Shown here: positions 40,530-50,747 of the stretch, one piece after another
Layout: each line of letters starts with the position of its first letter
Numbering within the stretch: the stretch's first letter is position 1
From: an uncultured Candidatus Binatia bacterium
Lineage (GTDB): Bacteria; Desulfobacterota; Binatia; UBA9968; CAXXLF01
Direction of reading: 5' to 3'
Assembly (NCBI GenBank): GCA_965218425.1
Contig: OZ244621.1
Coordinates: 2,752,001 to 2,816,000 of the forward strand
DNA: 64,000 nucleotides
Notes under the pieces: model-generated
The model's database searches: none
What the model saw: the letters and a program-made list of their open reading frames with translations, nothing else
What the model was told of the DNA's origin: nothing
Translations under genes and position numbers: made by a program

Positions 40530-40973
40530 TTATGAATTGGGTTGATTGTTAGCGAGCTTCGTTTGTTCTCTTGGCTTCAGCAGGGTAGGACCTGCGGAGT
40601 GGCGTTCGGGAACGGCTTCAGAGCCCCGTTGCACCTTCACCACGTTGCCATTGAAGAAGCCGCCTTTGGATATTACGAGAGAATCCGTTTCGACGTTACC
40701 GCTTACGCGTCCCGTGGCCGTGATCTCGACAGTGCCGGTGGCGACCATATTACCCTCGTACTGCCCCATAATGAGGGCGTCGGTCGTGCGGACGTCAGCG
40801 CGGACAATCCCCTTCTCGCCGATCACGAATCTGCCGCCTACATTGATTTCACCCGTGACTTTGCCCTTGATCTGGATCGATTCGGCAATATTAAATTTAC
40901 CTTCCAGCCGGGCACTTTCGCCGATAACCGTGAGGGGCGGAACTGAAGGAGCGCCACGTTTGTTATTGAACAT
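40530..40973 (-). CDS. Bactofilin
   Basis: TVIGESARLEG..VSGNVETDSLVISKGGFFNG. Confidence 0.92.
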   Translation of the reverse strand: MFNNKRGAPSVPPLTVIGESARLEGKFNIAESIQIKGKVTGEINVGGRFVIGEKGIVRADVRTTDALIMGQYEGNMVATGTVEITATGRVSGNVETDSLVISKGGFFNGNVVKVQRGSEAVPERHSAGPTLLKPREQTKLANNQPNS

Positions 40974-41000
40974 GAATGGATCTCCTCGGGCCTGGAATCA

Positions 41001-41017
41001 AGCACGGATCGTGCCAA
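41001..41017 (-). promoter_or_regulatory. Sigma-54 (-24/-12) promoter of the bactofilin pair
   Basis: TTGGCACGATCCGTGCT, GG-N10-GC, just upstream of SD GAGGAG. Confidence 0.6.
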
Positions 41018-41149
41018 AACAATCCCGTTCACCTCTACATGATCACCATCTGACGGTCAAGTCCCATTTTTCCCGTAAAAGGCTGAGGCGTTGGATGTCC
41101 TCTTTCCCACATCAGGCAACGGCCGGTTGAGCGAGAGAAGCCATCATAG

Positions 41150-41400
41150 TCTCCACTCGGAATTGTTCGAGCTGCTTGATCACGGCCGGTGTCATGGGCA
41201 CGCCCACCTTTGATGAGTGCCGGTGGGTAGCTGGGAGCCGGAAATACCTGCTGCACCAAATGTTTCATCTGACTCTGGATCCCGCGGGGCAGCTTGGCCG
41301 GGATGTCGGGCATCTTATGGATCTGACAGCGTCGTCCGAAGACCCGCAGCCACATCCGTTTAACCGCTTCTACCAAACAACTGTTAACAAGGTTAACCTA
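41150..41400 (-). pseudogene. IS256-like transposase remnant
   Basis: LVEAVKRMW..RRCQIHKM..AKLPR..LVQQVF. Confidence 0.55.
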
Positions 41401-41672
41401 GCTTTAACTCTTTGGTTTTTATAAAAAAGTTATTGGACGGGACCCTAGGATTCCGGTTTTGGCAAGACAACAAGGAGCAAGCAGGTCAGTTAAGCCCAAA
41501 AGGGCTGTGGATTCATCCCAAACGCAACTGAGGAGTCGTTGAATGGCGTTTTGTAAAGATTGACAACCATTTTCCCTATGGTATTGGTGCCTTCGTGACG
41601 ATACAGGAGGCATGAAAAGCAGATACCTTTCATTTAAAGATTTGCAGTTCAACAAGACGAAGGGGGGAGATC

Positions 41673-42059
41673 ATGAAAGAAGTTATTCAGCCAGAAGGTT
41701 TGTCAGATCCCAGACCGCGCTATTCGCAGGGAATCGTCACGCAGCCAGGCAAATTGCTTTTTATCGCGGGACAAACGGCCAGCGACAAAAACGGGAACGT
41801 CGTCGGCAAGGGCGATATCGAGGCCCAGGCGAAGCGGGTCTTCGAAAATATTGAGGCCGTGCTCAAGGAGGTCGGCGCATCCCCGGAGAACCTGGTGATG
41901 ACGACGACGTACATCACGGACATAAAATATCGCGAGGGTTACGGCCGGGTTCGCAGTCAATACTATAAGGGAACTCCGCCCACGAGTACCCTGGTAGTCG
42001 TAAAAGGCCTGGCAAACCCAGACTACCTGATCGAGATCGCCTGCGTCGCGGCCCTCTAG
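41673..42059 (+). CDS. RidA/YjgF/UK114 family protein
   Basis: YSQG..FIAGQ..PTSTLVVVKGLANPDYLIEI. Confidence 0.93.
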   Translation: MKEVIQPEGLSDPRPRYSQGIVTQPGKLLFIAGQTASDKNGNVVGKGDIEAQAKRVFENIEAVLKEVGASPENLVMTTTYITDIKYREGYGRVRSQYYKGTPPTSTLVVVKGLANPDYLIEIACVAAL

Positions 42060-42218
42060 CCCGGAGTATTCGCGACACCGATTGGGTTATGGACGGGCGC
42101 AACAGGGAGGAGACCGTAAAACTCCTTCTGCCCGAGAACAAGGGCTCCAAAGATAGGACCGAAGAGATGTACGAAGGGCAGATCAGTTCCAGGTTCGGCT
42201 TCACGCCGCCTCGTATGC

Positions 42219-42893
42219 TTAGCCTAAGTGCTGTGCGAGAAATTCAAGGGTGCGTTCGCGGGCGAGTTTTACTGTGGCGGGGTCGTATTTGGGGCGGGCT
42301 TCGTTGTCAAAGCCATGGGACGCCTTTGGATAAGTGAATATCGGCGTGCCGGCCTGGGCCTTCTTGATGGCTGCGAGTTTTTCCGGCGAAATGATAGGGT
42401 CCTCTTCCCCGATGTGCATTATCACGGGATGACGAGCATGCTCGTTGGGAAAGTGCTCAATTTCGGCGCCGTAATAGGCTACTGCACAGTCAATTTCACC
42501 GCGGCATGCAAGGAGCCAGGCTAATGTGCCACCCCAACAAAACCCGATGGCTCCAAACTTTTGGGCTCCGGCTGTACGAATCGTTGCCAGTGACGACTCT
42601 ACATCGTCAAGCGCTTGGTCCCAGCCGACTTTAGAGGAAATCTGTATGCCTCGCTGGACGCCTTGTGGTGAATATTTTATATCCAGATCACGCTCTGTTC
42701 GGTCAAAGAGCGCCGGTGCGATGGTGAGATACCCGGCCTTGGCATAAAAGTCGCAAACGTTTTCTATATACTGGTTGACACCGAAGATTTCCTGACAGAC
42801 GACTATTCCGCCCTTCGGTTTGCCGTCAGGCTCCGCCAAATAAGCGCCAAATCGAAATCCATCCTTACCTGTAATAGTTGTCCTTTTGCCCAT
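42219..42893 (-). CDS. Dienelactone hydrolase family protein
   Basis: QEIFGVN, GFCWGG, HGF. Confidence 0.95.
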   Translation of the reverse strand: MGKRTTITGKDGFRFGAYLAEPDGKPKGGIVVCQEIFGVNQYIENVCDFYAKAGYLTIAPALFDRTERDLDIKYSPQGVQRGIQISSKVGWDQALDDVESSLATIRTAGAQKFGAIGFCWGGTLAWLLACRGEIDCAVAYYGAEIEHFPNEHARHPVIMHIGEEDPIISPEKLAAIKKAQAGTPIFTYPKASHGFDNEARPKYDPATVKLARERTLEFLAQHLG

Positions 42894-43054
42894 GATGATT
42901 TACCCGTTACCGGCAGATGCTACAGATATTCGGAATGAATGTATAATACAAGGCGAAGGCGCATGGTGCAAGAAAGGTGTGTGGGGGAGTTGGACCTGGG
43001 AAGGTTGCCGATGCCGGCGAATTCGTTTTCGGTTCTTTAAGTTCTTTTCGAGTC

Positions 43055-43309
43055 TTATCCCCCCGGCGTCCTCTCAAGATTATGGATATGCAAGAGTATC
43101 TTTTTCGCGTACGTAAGGAGACGGTTCCCCGCCGGGGTAAGCTCGATCCCCCGCCCATTAACCGTATAGAGCTGTATTCCGTAATCTTTCTCTAAAAGCT
43201 TAATCTGTCGGGTTACAGAAGGCCGCCTGATACGGAACTCCGCCGCCGCTTTTGTCATGCTCCGGCGTTTCGCGACGGTGGTCCAGATCTTGAGCTGATA
43301 TAGGGTCAT
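43055..43309 (-). pseudogene. LysR HTH-only remnant
   Basis: MTLYQLKIW..SMTKAAAE..PSVTRQIKLLEKDYG..LTPAG; no effector domain. Confidence 0.7.
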
Positions 43310-43482
43310 TGACTGCTCTATCCTCTCTGTGTCAAAAGTAATCCACCCGAGACTACCGACAAGGTAGGTACCCTGGGAACTCATAAAATTACTAGTTTTT
43401 GGCTAGAAGGTTACCGGTTTTTTACGGCCTTGGTGGGACAAAATATGCGATTTTTCTTGGTTTTATAGGAGGAGGAGGCATC

Positions 43483-44916
43483 ATGGCAATAAGACGAGGA
43501 GAGGAGTTTCTCGCCGGCCTCAGGGATGGCCGCCAGGTTTGGTTGCGTGGTGAAAAGGTAAACGATGTCACGACTCATCCTGCCCTGTCGGGGTTCGCGA
43601 AGTCGATAGCGGAGATTTACGATCTCCAGCACGACCCTGCCCATCAGAACCAATTGACAATGAAGTCGCCCACTACGGGAGATGTTGTAAGCCTGGGTTA
43701 CCTCCTGCCCCATTGCACCGAGGACCTTATCCGAGTGCGCCACATGACCGAGTTCTTGCAACGCAGGTGTGGAGGTGTCGCCGCCAGACTTCCCCATTAT
43801 ATGGCCACGATGCTAGTCGCGTTGTACGATATGCGGGAAATCCTGGGCCAGGAGGATACGGCTTTCGCGATTAATATATCTCGATACTTTGAGTATTGCC
43901 GTGAAAATGACCTGTGCTTAACCGTTGCCTTCGGCGATCCCCAGAGACCGCAAAACCGACCTTCAACTGACTTTGAGTTCCTAAAGTTGGTGGAGCGTCG
44001 GCCGGATGGAATTGTCATTAATGGTTGCAAGCCTGTGGCGACTCTTGCGCCTTACGCCGATGAGTTCTTGGGACTGGTTGCGCGCCCGGGCCATGGAGTT
44101 GAAGAGGTTATTTACTTTGCCGTTCCATTGAACACCAAAGGTGTAAAAGTCGTTTGCCGTCAACCCTTGGCGCCCGAAGATCCCCAAAACCATCCCCTGA
44201 GCGCGTTCTGGGACGAAATGGATGCTTCCCTGCTGTTCGACAATGTTTTCGTACCCAACGATCGGGTTTTTTATTACCAGCGAGTTACTCCTGAAAATAC
44301 CCCTTTTTTGGTCCAGATCTTTCTATGGACCCTCACATGGACTTTCTACCATACTCAAATTCGTAAGGTGGTTAAGTTAGAGGTGTTCGCGGGGATCTGC
44401 AAGGCCATGGCCGAATATCTGGGTACGGCGGGGCAGCCCCAGATTCAATCCTTGCTCTCCGATATAATAGTCGATATTGAAACCCTCCGGGCTCTGGTGC
44501 AAGCCGCGGAGACCAATCCTACTCCATCTAGGTCTGGATTGGCTGAGCCTAATCTCACTCAGTTGCTGGTGGCCCATAGTTTTTCAGTGGATCGCCATCC
44601 TCGGGTACTGCAGACCTTACGCGAGGTGTGTGGTTCTGGGCCCCTGATGGCCCCAGGTCAGCATGAAATGGCTAACCCGGAACTCAGTCCTGAAATTTAC
44701 CGCTATTTTGTGGGAAAGGACGAGAGAGCACCTGATCGTTTCCGCATGCTTCGTCTCGCCTGGGAGTACGCCTGCGAATCCTTTGGGTCTCGCCAACTGC
44801 TATTTGAAATGTACAACTCCGGAGCTCCGGCTCAGATCAAAATGAGACTATTACAATCTTATGATCTGAGTCCCTATGTTCGCCTGGCGAAGGAGCTGGC
44901 GGGCATATCGAAGTGA
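43483..44916 (+). CDS. 4-hydroxyphenylacetate 3-hydroxylase-family flavin monooxygenase, oxygenase component
   Basis: LRDGRQVWLRGEKV.DVTTHP, DEMDASLLFDNVFVP, FGSRQLLFE. Confidence 0.9.
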   Translation: MAIRRGEEFLAGLRDGRQVWLRGEKVNDVTTHPALSGFAKSIAEIYDLQHDPAHQNQLTMKSPTTGDVVSLGYLLPHCTEDLIRVRHMTEFLQRRCGGVAARLPHYMATMLVALYDMREILGQEDTAFAINISRYFEYCRENDLCLTVAFGDPQRPQNRPSTDFEFLKLVERRPDGIVINGCKPVATLAPYADEFLGLVARPGHGVEEVIYFAVPLNTKGVKVVCRQPLAPEDPQNHPLSAFWDEMDASLLFDNVFVPNDRVFYYQRVTPENTPFLVQIFLWTLTWTFYHTQIRKVVKLEVFAGICKAMAEYLGTAGQPQIQSLLSDIIVDIETLRALVQAAETNPTPSRSGLAEPNLTQLLVAHSFSVDRHPRVLQTLREVCGSGPLMAPGQHEMANPELSPEIYRYFVGKDERAPDRFRMLRLAWEYACESFGSRQLLFEMYNSGAPAQIKMRLLQSYDLSPYVRLAKELAGISK

Positions 44917-45039
44917 GTATGTCTCCATTTTGAGGCCCTCAGCAAAATCTAATAACACCATAGAAGATCCCCGGACGTAAGTCCGGGGAAATTTACTTAC
45001 GAATGTTCGCAAACTTAAGGAAGGTGCTGATATCAATCC

Positions 45040-45200
45040 TGCGGTGGGTCAGGTGGGAGTGTTCAACCGGGCTCCTCACCCCAATGCGGCGAAGGTTATA
45101 TCAACCGTCTCCTCTCTTAAAGAGGGCCAGACCGAGTTTGTCCGGGCCACGGGTTACATTAGCGCTCGCCTGGATGTGCCGACGGATCACGCTCCCAATA
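45040..45200 (+). pseudogene. C-terminal remnant of an ABC substrate-binding protein
   Basis: NRAPHPNAAKV..LKEGQ..SARLDVP. Confidence 0.55.
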
Positions 45201-45348
45201 GTGATTCCTGCAGGCACTTGTCTTATGAACTAATTCTCCAGGCCGCATATTCCTTGCAAAACTTCCCAATTTTTCATATATGCGGAGAGTAGTCACTTAA
45301 CGAGTGTCCTGGGGGCATTGATGCATTTAATTCAATAGGAGGTAGACT

Positions 45349-46416
45349 ATGGCCGCTAAGGTTGACAGTGGGACGGGTCAGACGAACGATGAGCGTTTGG
45401 AAGATTTCCATAGGCGGCTGGCTGAGAGCTCGCTGGCAGGGCACTGGCAGTCCCGGGACCAGGTGCCAAAGCTGAAGCCGTGGGTGTGGCGATGGAAGGA
45501 TATTTATGCGGCTCTTATCGAATCGGGGGAGTTGGTGCCCATAGGAGGGGCAGGGGAGGCTAACAACCGGCGAACGGTGCAGCTGATCAACCCCGCGCTG
45601 ACCGGCGTGAAATCCACCAGCCGGACTCTACACGTATCCATCCAGCTGGTGAAGCCCGGGGAGACCGCGGAGGCCCATCGCCATGCGTTTAATGCCATGC
45701 GCTTCGTGGTGCAGTCCAAGGGAATGTACACCACAGCCGCGGGTGAACAGCAGATCATGGAGCCGGGAGACCTGCTGATACAGCCAGGCTGGGCCTGGCA
45801 CGACCATACCAATCCTACAGATGAACCAGCCATATGGCTCGACCTGCTCGACCATCCGCTGACCCGTTATTTGGACTCCATGGCTGGCGATGTGTACGCA
45901 AACGGCGCCTCCCAGCCCATAACCAAACCTGACGGCTATTGTCGCGAGCAATACGGGACCCTACGCCCTCGCCGGGCAGATGGCGATGCCAAATGGGTGG
46001 CTTACTCCTATAAATGGGATGAAACCCTGAAGACGCTAGAAAAGTTAGCGGCAGTTGAGGGGGGAGGGGACCCCTATGACGGAGTTCTGTTGGAGTACAC
46101 CAATCCCCTGACAGGGGAAAGTACGTTGCCCACCATTGGTGCATGGATTCAGATGCTGCGTCCGGGAGAGGCCACGAAGTCCCACCGTCATACCGCGTGC
46201 TCGCTCTATCACACGATTCAGGGCGAGGGAACTACCACCGTGGGGCAAGGGGAGAAGGAAGACTTGCAGTGGGGGAAGAGGGATTGTTATTTTGTGCCCC
46301 CATGGCAGTGGCATCAGCATCGCAACCTCAGCAAAACGGAACCGGCGATTCTGTTCTCCCTGACCGATCGCCCAACGGTGGAACAGTTAGGATTTTACAG
46401 GGAGGAAAGGGGTTAG
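45349..46416 (+). CDS. Gentisate 1,2-dioxygenase-like bicupin
   Basis: AEAHRH..PGWAWHDH; second cupin SHRHT..VPPWQWHQH. Confidence 0.9.
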   Translation: MAAKVDSGTGQTNDERLEDFHRRLAESSLAGHWQSRDQVPKLKPWVWRWKDIYAALIESGELVPIGGAGEANNRRTVQLINPALTGVKSTSRTLHVSIQLVKPGETAEAHRHAFNAMRFVVQSKGMYTTAAGEQQIMEPGDLLIQPGWAWHDHTNPTDEPAIWLDLLDHPLTRYLDSMAGDVYANGASQPITKPDGYCREQYGTLRPRRADGDAKWVAYSYKWDETLKTLEKLAAVEGGGDPYDGVLLEYTNPLTGESTLPTIGAWIQMLRPGEATKSHRHTACSLYHTIQGEGTTTVGQGEKEDLQWGKRDCYFVPPWQWHQHRNLSKTEPAILFSLTDRPTVEQLGFYREERG

Positions 46417-46480
46417 GACACGGACGATCAGTCGGAGAATGATCGGGTCATTGTAGTGTTGTAACCGGTGAGGAATCTGT

Positions 46481-47647
46481 ATGGCTGGAACTTACAACTT
46501 GATCTCGGCGGATGCGCACATAGAAGTGCCCTGTGAGCACTGGACGGCACACGTAGATAAGAAATACCGGGACATAGCGCCGCGACACGTGCGCTTGGCT
46601 AACGGTGGCGATGGTTTCCTGGTGGAAGGTAGTCCCATCTATACCGGGGGCATGAATCTTTATGCGGGACTTACCCCTGAGAAGTTTAACCCCATTGGGC
46701 TGAAGTGGAATGAAATGCCCGGCACGGGATCGGCGCAGCAGCGACTACGGGAGCAGGACCAGGACGGAGTGGATGCCGAGGTGCTCTACGCTGGCGTGGG
46801 CGGGGTTCGTGGACTCACTAGAGGGATCCGTGATACCAACGCCTATAATGCCATGGTGCGAGGGTACAACGGTTGGTTGGGGGAAGAGTACTGTGCGGTG
46901 GATCGGGACCGGCTCATTGGTGTTGGCTGCATACCCGAGCGGGGTTTGGAAGATGCCATTGAGGAGTTGGAGTACTGTGCAAGGATTGGATTAAAGACAG
47001 TGGAATTAGCGGCATTCCCCAGTGCAAAGGCCTATCCCACCCCGGAGGATGATAAGTTTTGGGCCGCGGCGATGGATATGAAGATGCCGGTGACGGTGCA
47101 TGTGGCCTTTATGAAAAGGTTAGGGCGGGGCGAGTCAGCCATAAAGTACCCCAAGGTACCGGAAGAACACCAACGGCCGGCGGACTATGTGACCCGTCTG
47201 GCCCGGTATGGTATCCGCGGTGCCCTGAACGCCGTCCAGATGGTCATGTCGGGGCTCTTTGATCGTTTTCCAAGCTTGAGAATCTACTGGGCCGAGAATC
47301 AACTGGGTTGGATTCCTATTTACCTGGAGCAAATGGACCACAACTACCTGCGCCACCGTCACTGGGTGGAAAGTATCCTGGGATTGAAACCTCTGAAGCG
47401 ACTCCCCAGCGAGTATATCCGGGAACACATGTACTGGGGTTTTTTTAATGACCCCATCGGGGTCCGTTTGCGCCACGAGGTGGGGGTAGATCGAATCCTG
47501 TGGGGTGCCGACTTTCCCCATGTGGAATCCGAGTGGCCAAATTCCCGAAAGGTTCTAGCAGAACGGTTCGCAGGTGTCCCGGAAGAAGAGCAGCACAAGA
47601 TGGTGGTAAGCAACGCCGTGGAGTTCTTCCGGCTCAACGGCGCTTAG
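46481..47647 (+). CDS. Amidohydrolase_2 family protein
   Basis: ISADAH, QDQDGVDAEVLY, WGADFPH. Confidence 0.93.
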   Translation: MAGTYNLISADAHIEVPCEHWTAHVDKKYRDIAPRHVRLANGGDGFLVEGSPIYTGGMNLYAGLTPEKFNPIGLKWNEMPGTGSAQQRLREQDQDGVDAEVLYAGVGGVRGLTRGIRDTNAYNAMVRGYNGWLGEEYCAVDRDRLIGVGCIPERGLEDAIEELEYCARIGLKTVELAAFPSAKAYPTPEDDKFWAAAMDMKMPVTVHVAFMKRLGRGESAIKYPKVPEEHQRPADYVTRLARYGIRGALNAVQMVMSGLFDRFPSLRIYWAENQLGWIPIYLEQMDHNYLRHRHWVESILGLKPLKRLPSEYIREHMYWGFFNDPIGVRLRHEVGVDRILWGADFPHVESEWPNSRKVLAERFAGVPEEEQHKMVVSNAVEFFRLNGA

Positions 47648-47669
47648 CCATACACCTGAGACACGCGGC

Positions 47670-47852
47670 CTAGTACGGATTGAACTTACCCTGAGCTCCC
47701 CCTCGGGTCGCATCGCCGGCTGCGACGCCGACTTTAAACTCATTCCCGCAATAGGGGCAATGACAGAATGCTTCCGGCAGGCGGAAGAACTCTTCTCCAA
47801 CCATGAATTTCTTTTCGCATTTAGGACAGGGTACGTATTCAAAATCTGCCAT
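47670..47852 (-). CDS. Small zinc-ribbon protein
   Basis: CPKC..CPYC; SD AAGGAG. Confidence 0.75.
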   Translation of the reverse strand: MADFEYVPCPKCEKKFMVGEEFFRLPEAFCHCPYCGNEFKVGVAAGDATRGGAQGKFNPY

Positions 47853-47885
47853 GACTTACTCCTTATCTCGTTGCAAAGTGATGGT

Positions 47886-49022
47886 TTAGACTGTGGCTGG
47901 GGCGTACATAGGCCACAAGGGGTCGTTGTCGCCTCGCTTTGCAATGTGATCCAAAGCCTCGTTGATTGCCTCTACGGGAAAGAAGCGGGTGGTTACATAC
48001 TTTGTGTCGATAAACCCACGCCTGGCCAGTTCAAAAACCTCCGGAAAATCAGTGTAATGTCGACCGGTAACGCTGGTAAATTCGATAGAACGAATCATGA
48101 GATAACGGATCGGAAGATTCAGAGTCTCTGGATTGGCGCCAATCAGTGCCACCCTCCCGCCGGGCTCTAAGCCTTTGATGCACTCGACGGTGGTTTCGGC
48201 TCCACCGGGAGTCAGATCGGCGAGCACGCTCCCACCCTGACCATAAGTTAGCTCTTGAATTTTTTGAGTAATAGATTCCCCCCGGCCAATGGTCGAAATT
48301 CTCAGCGGATCGATGGTACGAATTTGCTCCAAGCGAACAGGGTTGCGTGCCACTGCAATTACGTGAGCAGCGCCCATGGCCAGAGCGCTCATGACGGTGC
48401 CGATGCCTGTGATGCCGGTGGCCCCATTGACGATCACCGTCTCACCGGAATGCAGCCGGGCTCGTTTCAAGGCCCGGTATCCCACCGTCATTTGAGAGAC
48501 TTTACATCTCTGGTCGATGTCGTCATCGGGCCGGATTCTGACCAGGTTGGTTGCAGGCACCCGGCAGTATTCCGCCCAGAGACCATCCTTGTAGCGAAGG
48601 AGTTGGTCCAATCCGCCCTCCCGCCACCTGGCTACGAAGCCCATGACGCGATGCATGACGCACAGGTGCTGGCGATCCGACCGACAGTATTTGCAAAAGC
48701 CACAGGTGATGGAACACATCACCACCGCCCGGTCCCCTTGCTTAACGTTGATCACGTTGGGTCCCACTTCTACCACCTCGCCCAGACCATCGTGCCCGAC
48801 GGTCATGGGCAGAACAGGGACAGTGGTGCTTTGCGGTTCGTACTGTAGGGCGTCCTCTCGAATATGGAGGTCGCCATGATTAAGCCCCGCGCGCAGGACT
48901 CGAATGAGGACTTCGCCGGGTCCGATATCGGGGATAGGGACCTCATCGACTCGAACCAGGTCTTTCGAGCCATGGGTCTTTTCAAACCCATGTAAACGTG
49001 CGGCCTTCATTGTGCCTTGCAT
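47886..49022 (-). CDS. Zn-dependent alcohol dehydrogenase (MDR) family, with atypical catalytic Zn ligands
   Basis: CGFCKYC..C structural Zn site; GHD instead of GHE and GLNHGD instead of GxCxxD. Confidence 0.88.
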   Translation of the reverse strand: MQGTMKAARLHGFEKTHGSKDLVRVDEVPIPDIGPGEVLIRVLRAGLNHGDLHIREDALQYEPQSTTVPVLPMTVGHDGLGEVVEVGPNVINVKQGDRAVVMCSITCGFCKYCRSDRQHLCVMHRVMGFVARWREGGLDQLLRYKDGLWAEYCRVPATNLVRIRPDDDIDQRCKVSQMTVGYRALKRARLHSGETVIVNGATGITGIGTVMSALAMGAAHVIAVARNPVRLEQIRTIDPLRISTIGRGESITQKIQELTYGQGGSVLADLTPGGAETTVECIKGLEPGGRVALIGANPETLNLPIRYLMIRSIEFTSVTGRHYTDFPEVFELARRGFIDTKYVTTRFFPVEAINEALDHIAKRGDNDPLWPMYAPATV

Positions 49023-49034
49023 GACACTTTTCCC

Positions 49035-50498
49035 TTATCCCCACGGCTCGAAGGGAATCTTATCCCATCGCGCAGGGTTGATCACTTCTCCAGGATCGAA
49101 GCGCTTGAGTACATCCTCAGGGATGGAGAGGCGCTCGGCGAAAGGCTTCCCCAGAGGCTTGGTACAGTCGAAACCGGCCTTACAGGCCACGTGACCGTCA
49201 GGGGAACTGGGATCCAATGGGGAACCGGTCATCCCGGGAAGGGAAATCAATCCGCGATCGGCCTGGAAACGCGTGGCCAAGGCCAGGAAAACTTCCCGCT
49301 CATCGAAGATATCCACGTCTTCATCAAAAACGAATGCATGCTTCAATCCGAAAAACGCGGTCAATGCGGCTGTGGCTGCCACCTTGCCCTGTCCTTCCAC
49401 GGTTTTACGAATCTGGATGTAAATGTGATTGACGCCGGTACCCGACATGGGGGCGTGCACGGCCTTGACTCCCGGTACTACCTTTTGAATGGCGCGGTAG
49501 GCAACGCCTTCCTTTGTTAGGCTGCTGATCCAGTGCGTGTGTCCCACCATGTTGTCATCCCAATAGGCGTTGCGCCGGCGGGTCACAGCGGTAACTTTCA
49601 TATAAGGACACCACCGTTGGGGTCCCACGTGGCGCGTGTATTCACCGAAAGGACCCTCTGGTTTGCGTTGGCCCTTGGGAACAATACCCTCGATGACCAC
49701 CTCGGCGTCTGCAGGAACCAGAAACTTATCTCCAAGGGTCTCGGAAGGAACCAGTCTCAGTGGGGCCCCAAAGGTTCCACCCGATGTTTCATAATGGCTT
49801 TCGTCCGGACCCACGTGGTTTTCCGCACCCAGGAGTATCAGAGGATGGTGGCCCACCCAAAAGGCCACGGGCATGTCTTCTCCCGCCTCTTCGTACTCGC
49901 GAAGATTGTGCCTGTTGTGGGTGCTGGGTCCCATCCAGATTCGGATCTCGTCTTTTCCTGCCAGCCAGCCCCGTTGCATGGCGGAGTTGTCAAGACCGCT
50001 CTTGCGATTGAAAGTAAGGACAAAGCCTTCGGTGATGTACCGGCCAGGGTCCATGCGGTGGTGCAGGGGTGCGGGCAGGCGGCGCACATCAATGTCATTG
50101 CCCTTTTCCACCACCTCTTTCACCGGTGCCTCCTTGGGGGAAACGGTGACGGGTTTCTGCCTTGCCTGCACTCGCTCGTAGCATGACAATCCTGCATTAG
50201 GGACATCGACTCCCATGGCTCGGGCCAGGCGCAAGCGGCTGGCCATCAAAAAAGTGACCAGGGGAATCTCGCACTTCTGACCATTGGCGGTGACGTTATG
50301 ACAGATGAGAATGGGAAAGCGGTGGTCTTTTTCCAACTGCATGGCAAGGGCGGTCACTTCCCACTCGGCCTTCAAGGGCTTTTCGATATGTAACACCTCA
50401 TCCGGGAATTCTTTTTCGTACTGTTCAATAAAAGAGTGCATATCCGTGCCGAACAATGCAGTTGTGGATTGCGTGGCAGTCTTTTTGGGCGTCGCCAT
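49035..50498 (-). CDS. UbiD family prFMN-dependent (de)carboxylase
   Basis: VPADAEVVIEG..EGPFGEYT, DEDVDIFD, LDPS. Confidence 0.95.
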   Translation of the reverse strand: MATPKKTATQSTTALFGTDMHSFIEQYEKEFPDEVLHIEKPLKAEWEVTALAMQLEKDHRFPILICHNVTANGQKCEIPLVTFLMASRLRLARAMGVDVPNAGLSCYERVQARQKPVTVSPKEAPVKEVVEKGNDIDVRRLPAPLHHRMDPGRYITEGFVLTFNRKSGLDNSAMQRGWLAGKDEIRIWMGPSTHNRHNLREYEEAGEDMPVAFWVGHHPLILLGAENHVGPDESHYETSGGTFGAPLRLVPSETLGDKFLVPADAEVVIEGIVPKGQRKPEGPFGEYTRHVGPQRWCPYMKVTAVTRRRNAYWDDNMVGHTHWISSLTKEGVAYRAIQKVVPGVKAVHAPMSGTGVNHIYIQIRKTVEGQGKVAATAALTAFFGLKHAFVFDEDVDIFDEREVFLALATRFQADRGLISLPGMTGSPLDPSSPDGHVACKAGFDCTKPLGKPFAERLSIPEDVLKRFDPGEVINPARWDKIPFEPWG

Positions 50499-50543
50499 TA
50501 TGATTCCTCCCTGTAATTTATCCAACTATTCGCTATCGTAAAG

Positions 50544-50720
50544 TCAATGCGCAGCATTCGTGGACCAGACGGAGTAATGATCCCCACGGATCCTCATGTG
50601 TTCCAGCGCTTCGTTGATATTCTCCAGCGCAAAAAACGATTTGTCACGAGCTTGGTCTTGGTATCTATCACCCTTGGCCGTACCAGTTCAAGGAACTCGC
50701 GGAAGTTTGCGTAATAATGG
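50544..50720 (-). pseudogene. C-terminal remnant of a second ADH copy
   Basis: YANFREFLELVR..IDTK..RF/FALENINEALEHMRIRGD aligns with the end of 47886-49022. Confidence 0.7.
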
Positions 50721-50747
50721 GCTTCACGGCACCTCGGATGGTTCCAT

